A DNA stretch of 64,000 nt. It comes from Minisyncoccota bacterium (GTDB lineage: Bacteria > Patescibacteriota > Minisyncoccia > Phycocordibacterales > GWA1-40-21). The DNA is taken from the NCBI GenBank assembly GCA_041663045.1, contig JBAZRH010000002.1, positions 193,946 through 257,945 on the forward strand, written 5' to 3'. Numbering within the stretch: position 1 is the stretch's first letter; every line of letters begins with the position of its first letter. The notes under the pieces are model-generated. The model saw only the letters and a program-made list of their open reading frames with translations. It ran no database searches and was not told where the DNA came from. Positions 10,521 through 20,014 of the stretch are shown piece by piece. The position numbers and the translations under genes are program-made.

Positions 10521-11174
10521 TTACTCCCGCTCTTGTATCGCATAATCAATTCTGGTTTTTGCTCCACCTAGTATTGGATCGTCTAGTGAACAGAGTGGCC
10601 TCAGACCTTTACTTGAATATTCTAGCGTTTTGAATAAATATCCAAGAAATGAACCCGTATAACGATAACGAAGGATACATCCTTCAATTTTCTCCTCTAT
10701 GGGGTCAGAATAACCTCTCCAACGCCAAATTTGAGGGTATTTATCAATCCAATCATCAACTATGTATCTAATCCAAGAAATCAGTTCTCTTTGGGCTAGT
10801 GCATTTCCTTTCTGGGAAATTCTCACAAGGGCAACAATAATACGATCACGAATATGCCGGTCTTTCTCGTGTTGAGGCGACATGAATGTATAAAGTTTAT
10901 CCTTATATTTATTCAGTATCCTATCAACCTCATCTTGATTATCATATGGTTTGGCTTGCTTCCGACGATATCGTATCCAACGCTTTTGTAGATATCTGTG
11001 TAAATGACTTGTAACTCTGTCCCAATCTATAGAATTATTTTCCGTTCTGACATTTTTCTGAATATGACGGTAAACATTAGGAGTGCTAGCTAGTATCCAA
11101 GAGGGACTAAATTCTTTTGGTTGTTTTTCTTTAAGTGATTGACTAAGAATTTTAATCGCTGTATGAAAATGCAT
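10521..11174 (-). CDS. Hypothetical protein; C-terminal half resembles sigma-70 region 2
   Basis: 217 aa ORF; GNALAQRELI...CILRY...GSFLGY...SLDDP. Confidence 0.55.
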   Translation of the reverse strand: MHFHTAIKILSQSLKEKQPKEFSPSWILASTPNVYRHIQKNVRTENNSIDWDRVTSHLHRYLQKRWIRYRRKQAKPYDNQDEVDRILNKYKDKLYTFMSPQHEKDRHIRDRIIVALVRISQKGNALAQRELISWIRYIVDDWIDKYPQIWRWRGYSDPIEEKIEGCILRYRYTGSFLGYLFKTLEYSSKGLRPLCSLDDPILGGAKTRIDYAIQERE

Positions 11175-11283
11175 TTATTCTATTTTATCATTCAAGTAAA
11201 ACCCCGCTAGGAATAGCGGGGGTTAACTTGACGACACGAAAGAAATGCTCTGTTGAGCCACCTCGGTCGGTCTCACTACGATG

Positions 11284-11356
11284 TGCCCCCAGTAGGAATC
11301 GAACCTACGACCATCTCCTTAAAAGGGAGCTGCTCTACCAACTGAGCTATGAGGGC
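11284..11356 (-). tRNA. tRNA-Lys(UUU)
   Basis: Cloverleaf GCCCTCA..TGGGGGCA, anticodon loop CTTTTAA, GGTTCGATTCC. Confidence 0.92.
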
Positions 11357-11406
11357 ATATTTTCCGATACCGCAAAAATATAACAAGAAATTGAACAAAA
11401 GTCCAC

Positions 11407-12153
11407 TTACAGTTCCAAAATAAACTTTTCCAAAGCCACATAAAAATCCGTATTTCCTCTGTGCGCTTCGTGATACATAAAGACAAGTTTCTCGGCGATA
11501 GTTTCTAGCTCACCGTCTTTAGAAAAATTTCTCCCATATTCACGAGCTTTTTGAAATGGATACGGTTTCATATTTGCTTCGGCTGGAGTTTTGCACTTTT
11601 TTGCCAAGAGCATGCTTTTGATTTGCCAGAAAAATATCCCATGCACTTCCTCGGCTGGTACTTGCTCGGCGAGAGCATCTTGATATAGCACCCAAAGCCC
11701 CCTTTTATCTCTCTTTCCTAGTGCATCGGCGAATTCAAAGAAATCTATTTTTTCGCCTTTCAGCGCCAGTGCTTGCTTTTTTGTCAGAGTTTTTTCTGGC
11801 TTGATAAATTCTTCCACTTTTTCGGCATTTTTTTCTATTTTCGCCAGACTTGTCTTGTCCATCTTGCCTTCAGCAAATATAAAAATATTTTCAGACTTCG
11901 CAATATCTTTTATATCTTTCAAAATCAATTCTTTATTCTCTTTATTATCAAAAGTTTTATGGAGATAGATTAAATATTTATTATAGAAAAGTGCTTGCGT
12001 ACCGATAAGTTCATCTATTCTTCCTTGTGAAAGTGGCTCATCACCGATTTTTATAAGTGTTGCCCCCTCGTGCTTTTTCAGCGAAGAATCCACCGTAATA
12101 TTGGCTTTTCGGCTCGCCTTTTCTGTGTCTGTCCCGTAATAAAAGTAAATCAT
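11407..12153 (-). CDS. holA: DNA polymerase III delta subunit (short form)
   Basis: MIYFYYGTD start, ALF motif, FEFADALG, C-terminal LEKFIL. Confidence 0.75.
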   Translation of the reverse strand: MIYFYYGTDTEKASRKANITVDSSLKKHEGATLIKIGDEPLSQGRIDELIGTQALFYNKYLIYLHKTFDNKENKELILKDIKDIAKSENIFIFAEGKMDKTSLAKIEKNAEKVEEFIKPEKTLTKKQALALKGEKIDFFEFADALGKRDKRGLWVLYQDALAEQVPAEEVHGIFFWQIKSMLLAKKCKTPAEANMKPYPFQKAREYGRNFSKDGELETIAEKLVFMYHEAHRGNTDFYVALEKFILEL

Positions 12154-12872
12154 AGTAGTATTTTTACGGCTATAGCTATAGCTGCGGTTTCTGCGCGGAG
12201 AACTGGCTCACCGAGTGAAATCGCTTCAATCTTTTTTTCTTTAAAAAATTCCCGTTCCTTTTCTGTCCAACCGCCTTCTGGGCCGATCAATACACCGATT
12301 TTATTGCCGGAAATTTTTGTCGCCGAAAGTGGTTTGTCCGAGAAATCCAGTGTAAAAAGTGTCCCGTCAAAATCCTCAATCGCCACAGCAAGCTCTGCCG
12401 GCACAAAAATTTCTGGCACTCTTCCCTTGCCCGACTGCTCGCTCGCCTCTTTTGCTATTTTTTGTAATCTCTCAATATTCAAATCTTTTTTCTCGCTCCT
12501 TTCCGAAATTATTGGGTGAAAAGATGCTGCACCTATTTCTGTGCATTTTTGGACTATAAGTTCAAAATTATCTTTTTTAATTATCGATTGGAAAATGTGT
12601 AGGGCGATTTTCGGCTCGGCGACTGTTTTTTTCTCCCCCACTTTCAAAATCGCTTCCTTTTTTGTAAGCAATTCAAATTCTGTTTCATATTCAAAACCTG
12701 TACCATCAAAAATAATTATTTTGCTTGCCCCGTCAAATTGATTTTTATTTGGCTTGGGGTCCCCAGCTTTTAAGCGAAAAACTTTTCCCCATTGGTTTAA
12801 AAGCTCAGAATCGTCAATTCTCAATTTATCCCCCTGTATTCTTTGATTGATATAAAATCTGTGTAATCGCAT
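12150..12872 (-). CDS. rsmE: 16S rRNA m3U1498 methyltransferase
   Basis: QKCTEIG, EASEQSG, IGPEGGW, LGEPVLRAETA. Confidence 0.93.
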   Translation of the reverse strand: MRLHRFYINQRIQGDKLRIDDSELLNQWGKVFRLKAGDPKPNKNQFDGASKIIIFDGTGFEYETEFELLTKKEAILKVGEKKTVAEPKIALHIFQSIIKKDNFELIVQKCTEIGAASFHPIISERSEKKDLNIERLQKIAKEASEQSGKGRVPEIFVPAELAVAIEDFDGTLFTLDFSDKPLSATKISGNKIGVLIGPEGGWTEKEREFFKEKKIEAISLGEPVLRAETAAIAIAVKILL

Positions 12873-13005
12873 AACAGAAGTGTAGAACGAAAAACGAAAA
12901 AATCAAAATCTCTTTTGTCTTGACTTATGGAATACTGATGCTAATCTGGTTTTAGACAATGTTTGTGAGATCATTGTGATTTCACTCAAAAGCAAGGAGA
13001 TCGCT

Positions 13006-13401
13006 ATGAGTTCAAGTTATAAGTTTGATGGGCGACGAGTGGACCTTAAGGTTATGTCAGATGTCGCAGGCATCTCGACGAAGGATATTTACCTCGCAAT
13101 GGAAAGGTGGACGAAGGGAGAACAAGACAAGCGCGAGGAAATCGAAGAAGAAGATCAACACCTGCACGATCAGCTCAATAAGGCCAAAACTATCGAAGAG
13201 ATTGATCAAGTTATTGATGCCTGCCCAATGAGGGCTGGTGAATTGCTGATTGAGGCGAAGTATAAAAGGCATGCTTTGTGGCTTCAAATGCTACGGCATG
13301 CCAAGAGCAAGAAGGTAGTGATTGACTTGTTTATCCGTGCCAATGACAGGCAGGATCAATATTACGCCATTCAAAAGCTCTCGGAGTTCTTTCAGGTTTG
13401 A
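13006..13401 (+). CDS. Hypothetical protein (orphan cassette)
   Basis: TTGACT promoter at about 12920, AAGGAG SD, terminator at 13419-13450. Confidence 0.7.
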   Translation: MSSSYKFDGRRVDLKVMSDVAGISTKDIYLAMERWTKGEQDKREEIEEEDQHLHDQLNKAKTIEEIDQVIDACPMRAGELLIEAKYKRHALWLQMLRHAKSKKVVIDLFIRANDRQDQYYAIQKLSEFFQV

Positions 13402-13551
13402 TTTGTGTGGTCAACACAACGGGTCGTGCAAAGTAGCACGACCCGTTTTCTTGTCAAACTTCCTTTTTTGATGTATCTTTGAATTGGTTGTTTATTCGTA
13501 GCCATTCGTTGTATTAGTACCATTCGTATATTAGTATTTTAATTTAAAAAT

Positions 13552-14127
13552 ATGTCATACTTAATCCCAACAGTAATTGAGAAAAGCCAGTTTGGCGAAA
13601 GAGCTTTTGATATTTATTCAAGATTGCTCAAAGAAAATATCGTTTTCCTTGGTGGGCCGATAGATGATGAAACGGCCAATATCGTCATTGCCCAACTTCT
13701 CTTTTTACAATTTGAAAATCCAAAGAAAGATATTCAGCTTTATATCAACTCCCCTGGAGGTTCTGTTTCTGCGGCTCTTGCCATCTTGGACACGATGAAT
13801 CATGTGAAGAATGATATTTCGACAGTCTGTGTGGGACTTGCGGCTTCAGCAGCAGCTCTCTTGCTCTCTTCAGGAAAGAAAGGAAAGAGATTTGCCTTAC
13901 CAAATTCTGAAATAATGATTCATCAGCCGATGGGTGGTGCGCAAGGGCAAGCTTCTGATATTGAAATCACGGCGAGGCAGATTTTGAAATTGAAAGGTAA
14001 ACTAACGAAGATAATCGCTGAAAATACAGGTAAAACAGTTGCGCAAATAGAAAAAGATTCTGACAGAGACTACTACATGTCAGCAGATGAGGCGAAGAAG
14101 TATGGGGTGGTGGATAGGGTGTTGTAG
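13552..14127 (+). CDS. clpP: ATP-dependent Clp protease proteolytic subunit
   Basis: [26 protein letters not shown]. Confidence 0.97.
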   Translation: MSYLIPTVIEKSQFGERAFDIYSRLLKENIVFLGGPIDDETANIVIAQLLFLQFENPKKDIQLYINSPGGSVSAALAILDTMNHVKNDISTVCVGLAASAAALLLSSGKKGKRFALPNSEIMIHQPMGGAQGQASDIEITARQILKLKGKLTKIIAENTGKTVAQIEKDSDRDYYMSADEAKKYGVVDRVL

Positions 14128-14168
14128 AAGATAGATTCACGATTCAAGATTCAGGAATTAAGAATAAA

Positions 14169-14208
14169 TACAAAAGGCGGGCGCGCTTCGCGCGCCCGCC
14201 TTTTGTGT
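14169..14208. terminator. Bidirectional GC hairpin terminator between clpP and thrH
   Basis: ACAAAAGGCGGGCGCGC-TTC-GCGCGCCCGCCTTTTGT perfect inverted repeat. Confidence 0.85.
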
Positions 14209-14214
14209 TGTGTT

Positions 14215-14820
14215 TTAGAGTATTTTGGAAATTATTTTTTTCAAATCGATGTAAGTCTGTGCTACTTCAATATTCTTCTCTTGTTTTAGGAGTTTGGGTG
14301 ATGGCCTGAAGAGTATTCCTTTTTCAGCGCCTTTTAGCATTTTCAAATCGTTGAAGCTGTCCCCTATTGCAATCGTGAAATATCCGGCTTTTTGAAATCT
14401 CTGTATCATTTCTATTTTCCCGTCCTTTTCTCGGAGTTTGTATCCGACAACATTCCCCTTTCTATCCACCTCAAGAGTATTTGCAAAAGTAAGCGGATGG
14501 CCGAGCTTTGCGATGAGTGGCATTATGTAATCATAAAAGCTTCCGGTAAGTATGAGAGGCTGTGCCACACCGGTATCTCTGATCCACTTTACAAATTCTC
14601 TCGCGCCGAGAAATGGTTTCATTTTCGCTACAACTTTTTTTATTTTTTCAATATTATATTTATTTTTTTTCAAAATCTTAATCCTCATTTGCATGAGTTT
14701 GTCATAATCCGGAATATCTCTCGTGGTCAAAGCAAGCTCTTTTATGCCTGTGACGATAGCAAATTCTTCCCAGAATTCTGGTATAAGCACACCTTCAAGA
14801 TCCATGCATATTAATTTCAT
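14215..14820 (-). CDS. thrH: Phosphoserine phosphatase/homoserine phosphotransferase (HAD)
   Basis: CMDLEGVLIPEFW, TTRDIPDYDKLM, GDSFND. Confidence 0.88.
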   Translation of the reverse strand: MKLICMDLEGVLIPEFWEEFAIVTGIKELALTTRDIPDYDKLMQMRIKILKKNKYNIEKIKKVVAKMKPFLGAREFVKWIRDTGVAQPLILTGSFYDYIMPLIAKLGHPLTFANTLEVDRKGNVVGYKLREKDGKIEMIQRFQKAGYFTIAIGDSFNDLKMLKGAEKGILFRPSPKLLKQEKNIEVAQTYIDLKKIISKIL

Positions 14821-15122
14821 ACTGTAATATATAACACAAAATGGCGGTTTTGGCTTGTCCGCCTAGGGCGTGACGAAGCGAAACCGCCATTTTGTGTTGT
14901 TTTCCATGACTTTTCTACTGGTAGGGACGGCAAGCCCGACTCGGCTGATTTTCCTAGACATTTCCCTCAAAATGCGATACTATTATCCTGTTAGCAATTT
15001 AATTTTAAAGATTCCGTTTTTTCAGATTTTAAGCAAGCAGTATGTTGTTAAAAATGAAATTAGTTAGTGAAAACATAAAGCAGGTGAAAAAACTCTAAAG
15101 GGGCGAAATCTTTTTCGCAATT

Positions 15123-16652
15123 ATGTCATTAAAAATAGTAATTCTTCTCGCAGGCCTTGCAGGTCTTTTCGGCATTGCGATAGGTTACTTCTTGCGACTT
15201 ATCATCTCTCTCGGTAAGAAGGGATCAATGGAACTTGAGATCCGACAGATGATGCTAAGCGCCGAGGAGAAAGCCAAGAAGATAATTATCGACGCGGAGA
15301 CGAAGTCCGTCGAGGTAATGAAAGAGATCAAAGAAGAAACACGTCAGAGGGAAGAAAAATTTAAACAAACAGAAGACCGTCTTATAAAGAAAGAGGGACT
15401 TTTGGATGGAAGACAACAGGATATAGACAAAGAAGTAGAGAGTCTGAAGCAAAAAGTCGTTGAAATCAAGGAAATTCGCGATAGAGCCGACAAACTTGAG
15501 ACACAGAAACTTGGAGATTTGCAATCTATTGCAAAGATGACTGAAGAAGATGCAAAGACTTCTCTGCTTGGAGCGATGGAGAGAAAATATGAAGAAGATT
15601 TGCTTGGGAGAATGAAAAAGCTTGAAGAGAATGGTGCAGAGAAAATGGAACACAGAGCTCGCGAGATTCTCGTCACATCGATTCAGAGACTTTCTACATC
15701 TGTTGCACCGGACATTATGTCTACGATGCTCAGTATTCCATCCGATGAAATGAAAGGAAAGATTATCGGTAAAGAGGGTAAGAATATTAAAGCCTTTGAA
15801 AGAGCTACTGGTGTTGAGGTTATAGTAGATGACACTCCTGGTGTCATCACCATCTCCTCTTTTGATCCGATCAGAAGACAAATAGCTAGAGTTGCTCTTG
15901 AAAACTTGCTCATGGACGGCAGAATACAACCAGCGAAGATTGAAAAGATAGTTGAAAAAGCTCAGCAAGATATAAACAAGATAATCAAAGAAAAAGGCGA
16001 ACAAGCTGTATATGAATGCGGAATTTTGAATCTTGACCCTAGGGTTATACAGATTCTCGGTAGACTACACTTTAGAACAAGTTATGGGCAAAATGTTTTG
16101 CAACACTCCATAGAAATGTCCCATATTGCAGGTATGATAGCTGAAGAAGTTGGTGCAAATGTGCAGGTAGCAAAAGCCGGTGCGCTTGTGCATGATATCG
16201 GAAAAGCACTCGATCATGAAGTTGCAGGGACACATGTCGAAATCGGTAGAAGGATTTTACAGAAATTCGGTGTGAGCGAGGAGATCATAAAAGCCATGCA
16301 GTCTCACCATGAAGAATATCCAGCTGAAAATCTTGAAGCTGTGATAGTCACTGTGGCGGATGCGATATCTGGTGGAAGGCCGGGCGCAAGAAGCGATAGT
16401 ATTGAGAATTATATAAAGAGATTGCAGGAGCTTGAGGCTTTGGCAAATTCATTCCAAGGGGTTGAGAAATCCTACGCTTTGCAGGCAGGGCGAGAAATAA
16501 GGATTTTTGTCACTCCGGAGCAGATTACGGATATTGAAGCCAAGAAAATGGCTAGAGATATAGCGGATAAAATAGAGAGTGATCTCAAATACCCTGGAGA
16601 AATCAAGGTTACGGTGATAAGAGAGTCAAGAGTAATAGAATACGCGAGATAA
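15123..16652 (+). CDS. rny: Ribonuclease Y
   Basis: N-terminal TM, coiled coil, KH (KGKIIGKEG), HD (HDIGK), AGREIR. Confidence 0.96.
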   Translation: MSLKIVILLAGLAGLFGIAIGYFLRLIISLGKKGSMELEIRQMMLSAEEKAKKIIIDAETKSVEVMKEIKEETRQREEKFKQTEDRLIKKEGLLDGRQQDIDKEVESLKQKVVEIKEIRDRADKLETQKLGDLQSIAKMTEEDAKTSLLGAMERKYEEDLLGRMKKLEENGAEKMEHRAREILVTSIQRLSTSVAPDIMSTMLSIPSDEMKGKIIGKEGKNIKAFERATGVEVIVDDTPGVITISSFDPIRRQIARVALENLLMDGRIQPAKIEKIVEKAQQDINKIIKEKGEQAVYECGILNLDPRVIQILGRLHFRTSYGQNVLQHSIEMSHIAGMIAEEVGANVQVAKAGALVHDIGKALDHEVAGTHVEIGRRILQKFGVSEEIIKAMQSHHEEYPAENLEAVIVTVADAISGGRPGARSDSIENYIKRLQELEALANSFQGVEKSYALQAGREIRIFVTPEQITDIEAKKMARDIADKIESDLKYPGEIKVTVIRESRVIEYAR

Positions 16653-16858
16653 TTTGTCAACCTTTTCTCCCCTATTGCACTTAATTCGCAACGTATTATA
16701 ATACCCACAGGTCTCTAAACCCTTTGTGAGTACTTATTTAGGAAGTGAGAAACCAGAATAAGCACAAGGAAAGCACATAAGGGGTCGTATATTATAAGCT
16801 TCGTGTGTCCCTGACCTGATACGCGAATAATTAAAAGAATCGCAAGATTCATAACATT

Positions 16859-17131
16859 ATGAATAAAGCAGCAATTGTAGATGCAGTACACGGCGTTCTA
16901 AATGGTACAAAGGTACAAGCAGAACAAGTCGTTGATACAGTATTTGATTCAATCGTCGCTTCTTTGAAGAAAGGCGAAGAAGTATCAGTAGCAGGTCTCG
17001 GAATCTTCTCAGTCAAGGCAAGAGCAGCCAGACAAGCAAGAAACCCAAGAACAGGCGAAACCATTCAGGTTAAGGCCATGAAGGTTCCAAAATTCAGAGC
17101 AGCAAAGGCTTTGAAGGATGCAGTTAAGTAA
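16859..17131 (+). CDS. hup: DNA-binding protein HU
   Basis: MNKA.., GLGIF, RNPRTGE, PKFRA. Confidence 0.95.
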   Translation: MNKAAIVDAVHGVLNGTKVQAEQVVDTVFDSIVASLKKGEEVSVAGLGIFSVKARAARQARNPRTGETIQVKAMKVPKFRAAKALKDAVK

Positions 17132-17139
17132 TTCTTAAT

Positions 17140-17170
17140 AAAAAAACACCCCCAACGGGGTGTTTTTTTA
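17140..17170. terminator. Bidirectional terminator after hup
   Basis: AAAAAACACCCC-CAAC-GGGGTGTTTTTT. Confidence 0.85.
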
Positions 17171-17225
17171 TTTTTGAATTACTAAATTAATGAAAAAAGC
17201 GCCACTCGGCGCTTTTTTGATTTGT

Positions 17226-17435
17226 TTAAATCTGATCTTTCCTACGTAATTCCTTCCATGCGTTTGTATTTCTAAACCAAGGGCAAGCTATCATACCAGC
17301 GTATGAGAGCACAAGGAGAATCAGAGCACTCCAATATAAGTTTACCTCGTTTTTTATAACAAAAAGGAAATAATAGACGGCGATATACCATATTACGGCT
17401 TCTGCAATTCCCCAAGACCAATTTTTTGCTGACAT
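17226..17435 (-). CDS. Small membrane protein
   Basis: 69 aa, two TM segments, followed by a hairpin terminator. Confidence 0.65.
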   Translation of the reverse strand: MSAKNWSWGIAEAVIWYIAVYYFLFVIKNEVNLYWSALILLVLSYAGMIACPWFRNTNAWKELRRKDQI

Positions 17436-17588
17436 AATAATTTGTGAATTATTTTTTAATAAATGCGACTTTTATTTTATATAATTATAACAAATAATAG
17501 AGATGGTATTGGTATACGCTGATGTTGACATTCTTTCTGTAGGTGTTAGATTCTGTATGGAACTGAACAAAAAACATAAGGAGAGAAG

Positions 17589-17903
17589 ATGAATATTCAG
17601 GAACAGAGTCGTAGTGTTTACCGATACATGATAACCGTATCGACGGTGCTGTGGCTGGCGGGGCTTGGCTTGATGGTTGCCTCTTTCGCTCGGTTGATTT
17701 TTATCTTCAACAACGGTCAGTGGTCATTGCGCGCCTGTGTCATATCCGCAATGATTCTGACGGCCTTCGTGAGCTATGTCGTACGTAATGTGCCATCAGT
17801 ATACATTCGTCCGATTGGAAATGGCGGATGGGAGCTACACTCAAGCCGGCATATCACCTACCCCGTTATCTTTCTCGCAATGGTCCTACTCTTCACATCT
17901 TAG
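17589..17903 (+). CDS. Hypothetical membrane protein (orphan cassette)
   Basis: TTGACA promoter at 17525, AAGGAG SD, terminator at about 17924-17953. Confidence 0.7.
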   Translation: MNIQEQSRSVYRYMITVSTVLWLAGLGLMVASFARLIFIFNNGQWSLRACVISAMILTAFVSYVVRNVPSVYIRPIGNGGWELHSSRHITYPVIFLAMVLLFTS

Positions 17904-18011
17904 TCTGTGATCGAGTGAGGACTAAAGCCACCTCATCTCTGAGGTGGTTTTTATTTTGTATAAAAAAAGAGGGCTAGATTTTATCTAGCCCCCAAAACAA
18001 CCGATTGTTGT

Positions 18012-18338
18012 CTATGATTCGGGGAAACGATCATTGAAATATTCCAGGTTATTGTTAATTCGTTTGATATCTGAGGGAATCGAGCCCGGCAGTTCTCCCA
18101 CCTGTGTTCTCGATAATTTTCCCAGGACTCTGCTCATATTTACAATCAATTTCCTTTTGAGTATTTCTACGGCATTCTTTCTTGAAATCCCTTTGCATCT
18201 AACAACTCCCTTACCTTTACATGCCGTACATCTTTGGTAACTATAGCCCGTAGGACCTGTTCCTGTGTTTTCTATCAGTTCGCCACGGCCATAACAACGT
18301 GGACATATTTTCGAACTGCTTTTCTGTTTCGTTGACAT
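18012..18338 (-). CDS. Small protein with DnaJ-type CxxCxGxG zinc finger
   Basis: CPRCYGRG...CTACKGKG; AAGGA SD. Confidence 0.7.
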   Translation of the reverse strand: MSTKQKSSSKICPRCYGRGELIENTGTGPTGYSYQRCTACKGKGVVRCKGISRKNAVEILKRKLIVNMSRVLGKLSRTQVGELPGSIPSDIKRINNNLEYFNDRFPES

Positions 18339-18339
18339 G

Positions 18340-18522
18340 TTATCCTTTTTTTCTTACCAATTTCAAACGTTTAACACGATATTCGCAGAAAGCAGAACCA
18401 ACTTGGTCTTGGCAATGATCTGCAAACCGCCTCGCCTCCCTTCCATCCTCGAAAGCTTTGCCATAAACACTTGTTCGCCTACCAGTTTCGCCAATTATTA
18501 TACAGATACTTTTCATTCTCAT
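18340..18522 (-). CDS. Small basic hypothetical protein
   Basis: Follows AAAGGA SD; likely start MRMKSIC; tightly coupled to neighbours. Confidence 0.5.
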   Translation of the reverse strand: MRMKSICIIIGETGRRTSVYGKAFEDGREARRFADHCQDQVGSAFCEYRVKRLKLVRKKG

Positions 18523-18523
18523 G

Positions 18524-18823
18524 TTATCCTTTCTTTTTCCTCTTGTAAGAACACTTTTCATACCTGAACCATTCAAGAACCTCTATAATTTCGCCAATAA
18601 GATGAAACTCCTCGAGTTGCCGTTGTGTGATTTTGTTAATGGCGTTTTCTTTTACGATCTCTGTGAATTCTAACAACCTTTTTAAGAGTTCTTCTTTTAG
18701 TAATGGTGAATCAGCGTTCTGTTTGAGCATCCCTTTCCAATCATATATTCTACTTGCTCTTTCCCTGTCTGGAATTACACAATGATCTTCCTCGTCTTCC
18801 CCGTTTGAATACCACATACCCAT
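18524..18823 (-). CDS. Hypothetical protein
   Basis: 99 aa ORF inside the operon, GGAAGGGA SD. Confidence 0.6.
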   Translation of the reverse strand: MGMWYSNGEDEEDHCVIPDRERASRIYDWKGMLKQNADSPLLKEELLKRLLEFTEIVKENAINKITQRQLEEFHLIGEIIEVLEWFRYEKCSYKRKKKG

Positions 18824-18852
18824 AATTCATCCCTTCCAGTAGTTCGTCCTTT

Positions 18853-19161
18853 TTACTTACATTTCGACACTACAATCATAAGCGTCTTCTTAACGAGTTT
18901 GATTTCTCGTTTAAGGCGCGGAATTTCTTCTGAACGATACTGTTTTAATTCATCTTGTTTCTCGCGTAGTGTGTTCCTGATTTCTGATATATCTTTTCTC
19001 CTAACTTCATCGATCAGGATAACACCTTTCCCTGCGCACCTTCGACAGTCGTTATAACTGCTTACCAGGGTATTATCAGCGTGCCAACTTCCCGAGTAAC
19101 TTGTCGTGTAGCCACGCCCGTCACATTCTGGACACGGAATTGATTTGACCTTTTTTGACAT
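18853..19161 (-). CDS. Small protein with DnaJ-type zinc finger and coiled coil
   Basis: CPECDGRG...CRRCAGKG; AAAGGAG SD. Confidence 0.7.
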   Translation of the reverse strand: MSKKVKSIPCPECDGRGYTTSYSGSWHADNTLVSSYNDCRRCAGKGVILIDEVRRKDISEIRNTLREKQDELKQYRSEEIPRLKREIKLVKKTLMIVVSKCK

Positions 19162-19255
19162 ATTTCTCTCCTTTCAAATAACCAATATCCAGGCTCAAAT
19201 TAGCATAAACTAAAATAAACTTGCAAAAAGTGTATAAAAGATATACACTTGTATT

Positions 19256-20014
19256 ATGCAGAAATTGGATAAAATAATAGAAAAAGCTTCATTTAGTAAG
19301 CGAGAAGCCGAGATTATATCGGTTATTTATAAAAACGGACATGCAAATATCCTCTCCTTATCAAAAGATATAGGTCTAGCTCGCCCAAGTATTTATTCAG
19401 CAGTAAAAGATTTGACGGCAAGAAGAGTTTTGTCGAAAAAGAAGAAAGGCAAGAGAATTGTTTTTGTAATAAATAAAGATTTTGATATTCGCTCTCTATA
19501 CCAAGAGACTTCTAAACAGATATCTGAATCGCTTAATCTTCCAGTAAAGAAAAACTCTGATAGTGGCCTAATGCCCTATTTCAAAGATTTGAATGGATTT
19601 TTGGATTTGGCTCTTAAATTAAAGAGAGGAGAAGTGATTTATTCTATCGAAACGCCCGAAGATATAGATGTTCTACTTAAGAATACAGAGAAAGAGTGGT
19701 TGAAACATTGGCAAGAAACCGTAGCCAGGAAAGGCATTGTGTTAAAAGGTATAAGTAGTCCGACGGGTCTAGATATTTTTAAGAAAAGCCTTGGAAATCT
19801 TTCAGAAATACTCAAAAAGAGAAGTGGAAGTGCTAGATTTATCTCTGATATTAAAATACAGACAAGCATTGTGTCATTTAAGGATTATATTTGTTTCTTT
19901 AATAGGCGAAATAAGAAATTTGTTGTTATAAAAGATGAAACTATAGCGACGACGATGCAATCGATAATAGATTTTATCTATAATATTTCAGAGTATAAAA
20001 ACTTATTCCCTTAA
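19256..20014 (+). CDS. TrmB-family wHTH transcriptional regulator
   Basis: FSKREAEI..., GLARPSIYSAV HTH, C-terminal effector domain. Confidence 0.72.
   Translation: MQKLDKIIEKASFSKREAEIISVIYKNGHANILSLSKDIGLARPSIYSAVKDLTARRVLSKKKKGKRIVFVINKDFDIRSLYQETSKQISESLNLPVKKNSDSGLMPYFKDLNGFLDLALKLKRGEVIYSIETPEDIDVLLKNTEKEWLKHWQETVARKGIVLKGISSPTGLDIFKKSLGNLSEILKKRSGSARFISDIKIQTSIVSFKDYICFFNRRNKKFVVIKDETIATTMQSIIDFIYNISEYKNLFP

Noticed and set aside
15255-16004. Long antisense ORFs over rny, and similar ones over pnp (41100-41805), the 46 kb orphan, EamA and copA
   Set aside because: They are shadow frames of well-supported genes on the opposite strand, with no recognisable motifs.
18012-19161. Prophage
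   Set aside because: No structural, terminase, replication or integrase genes; only small orphans.
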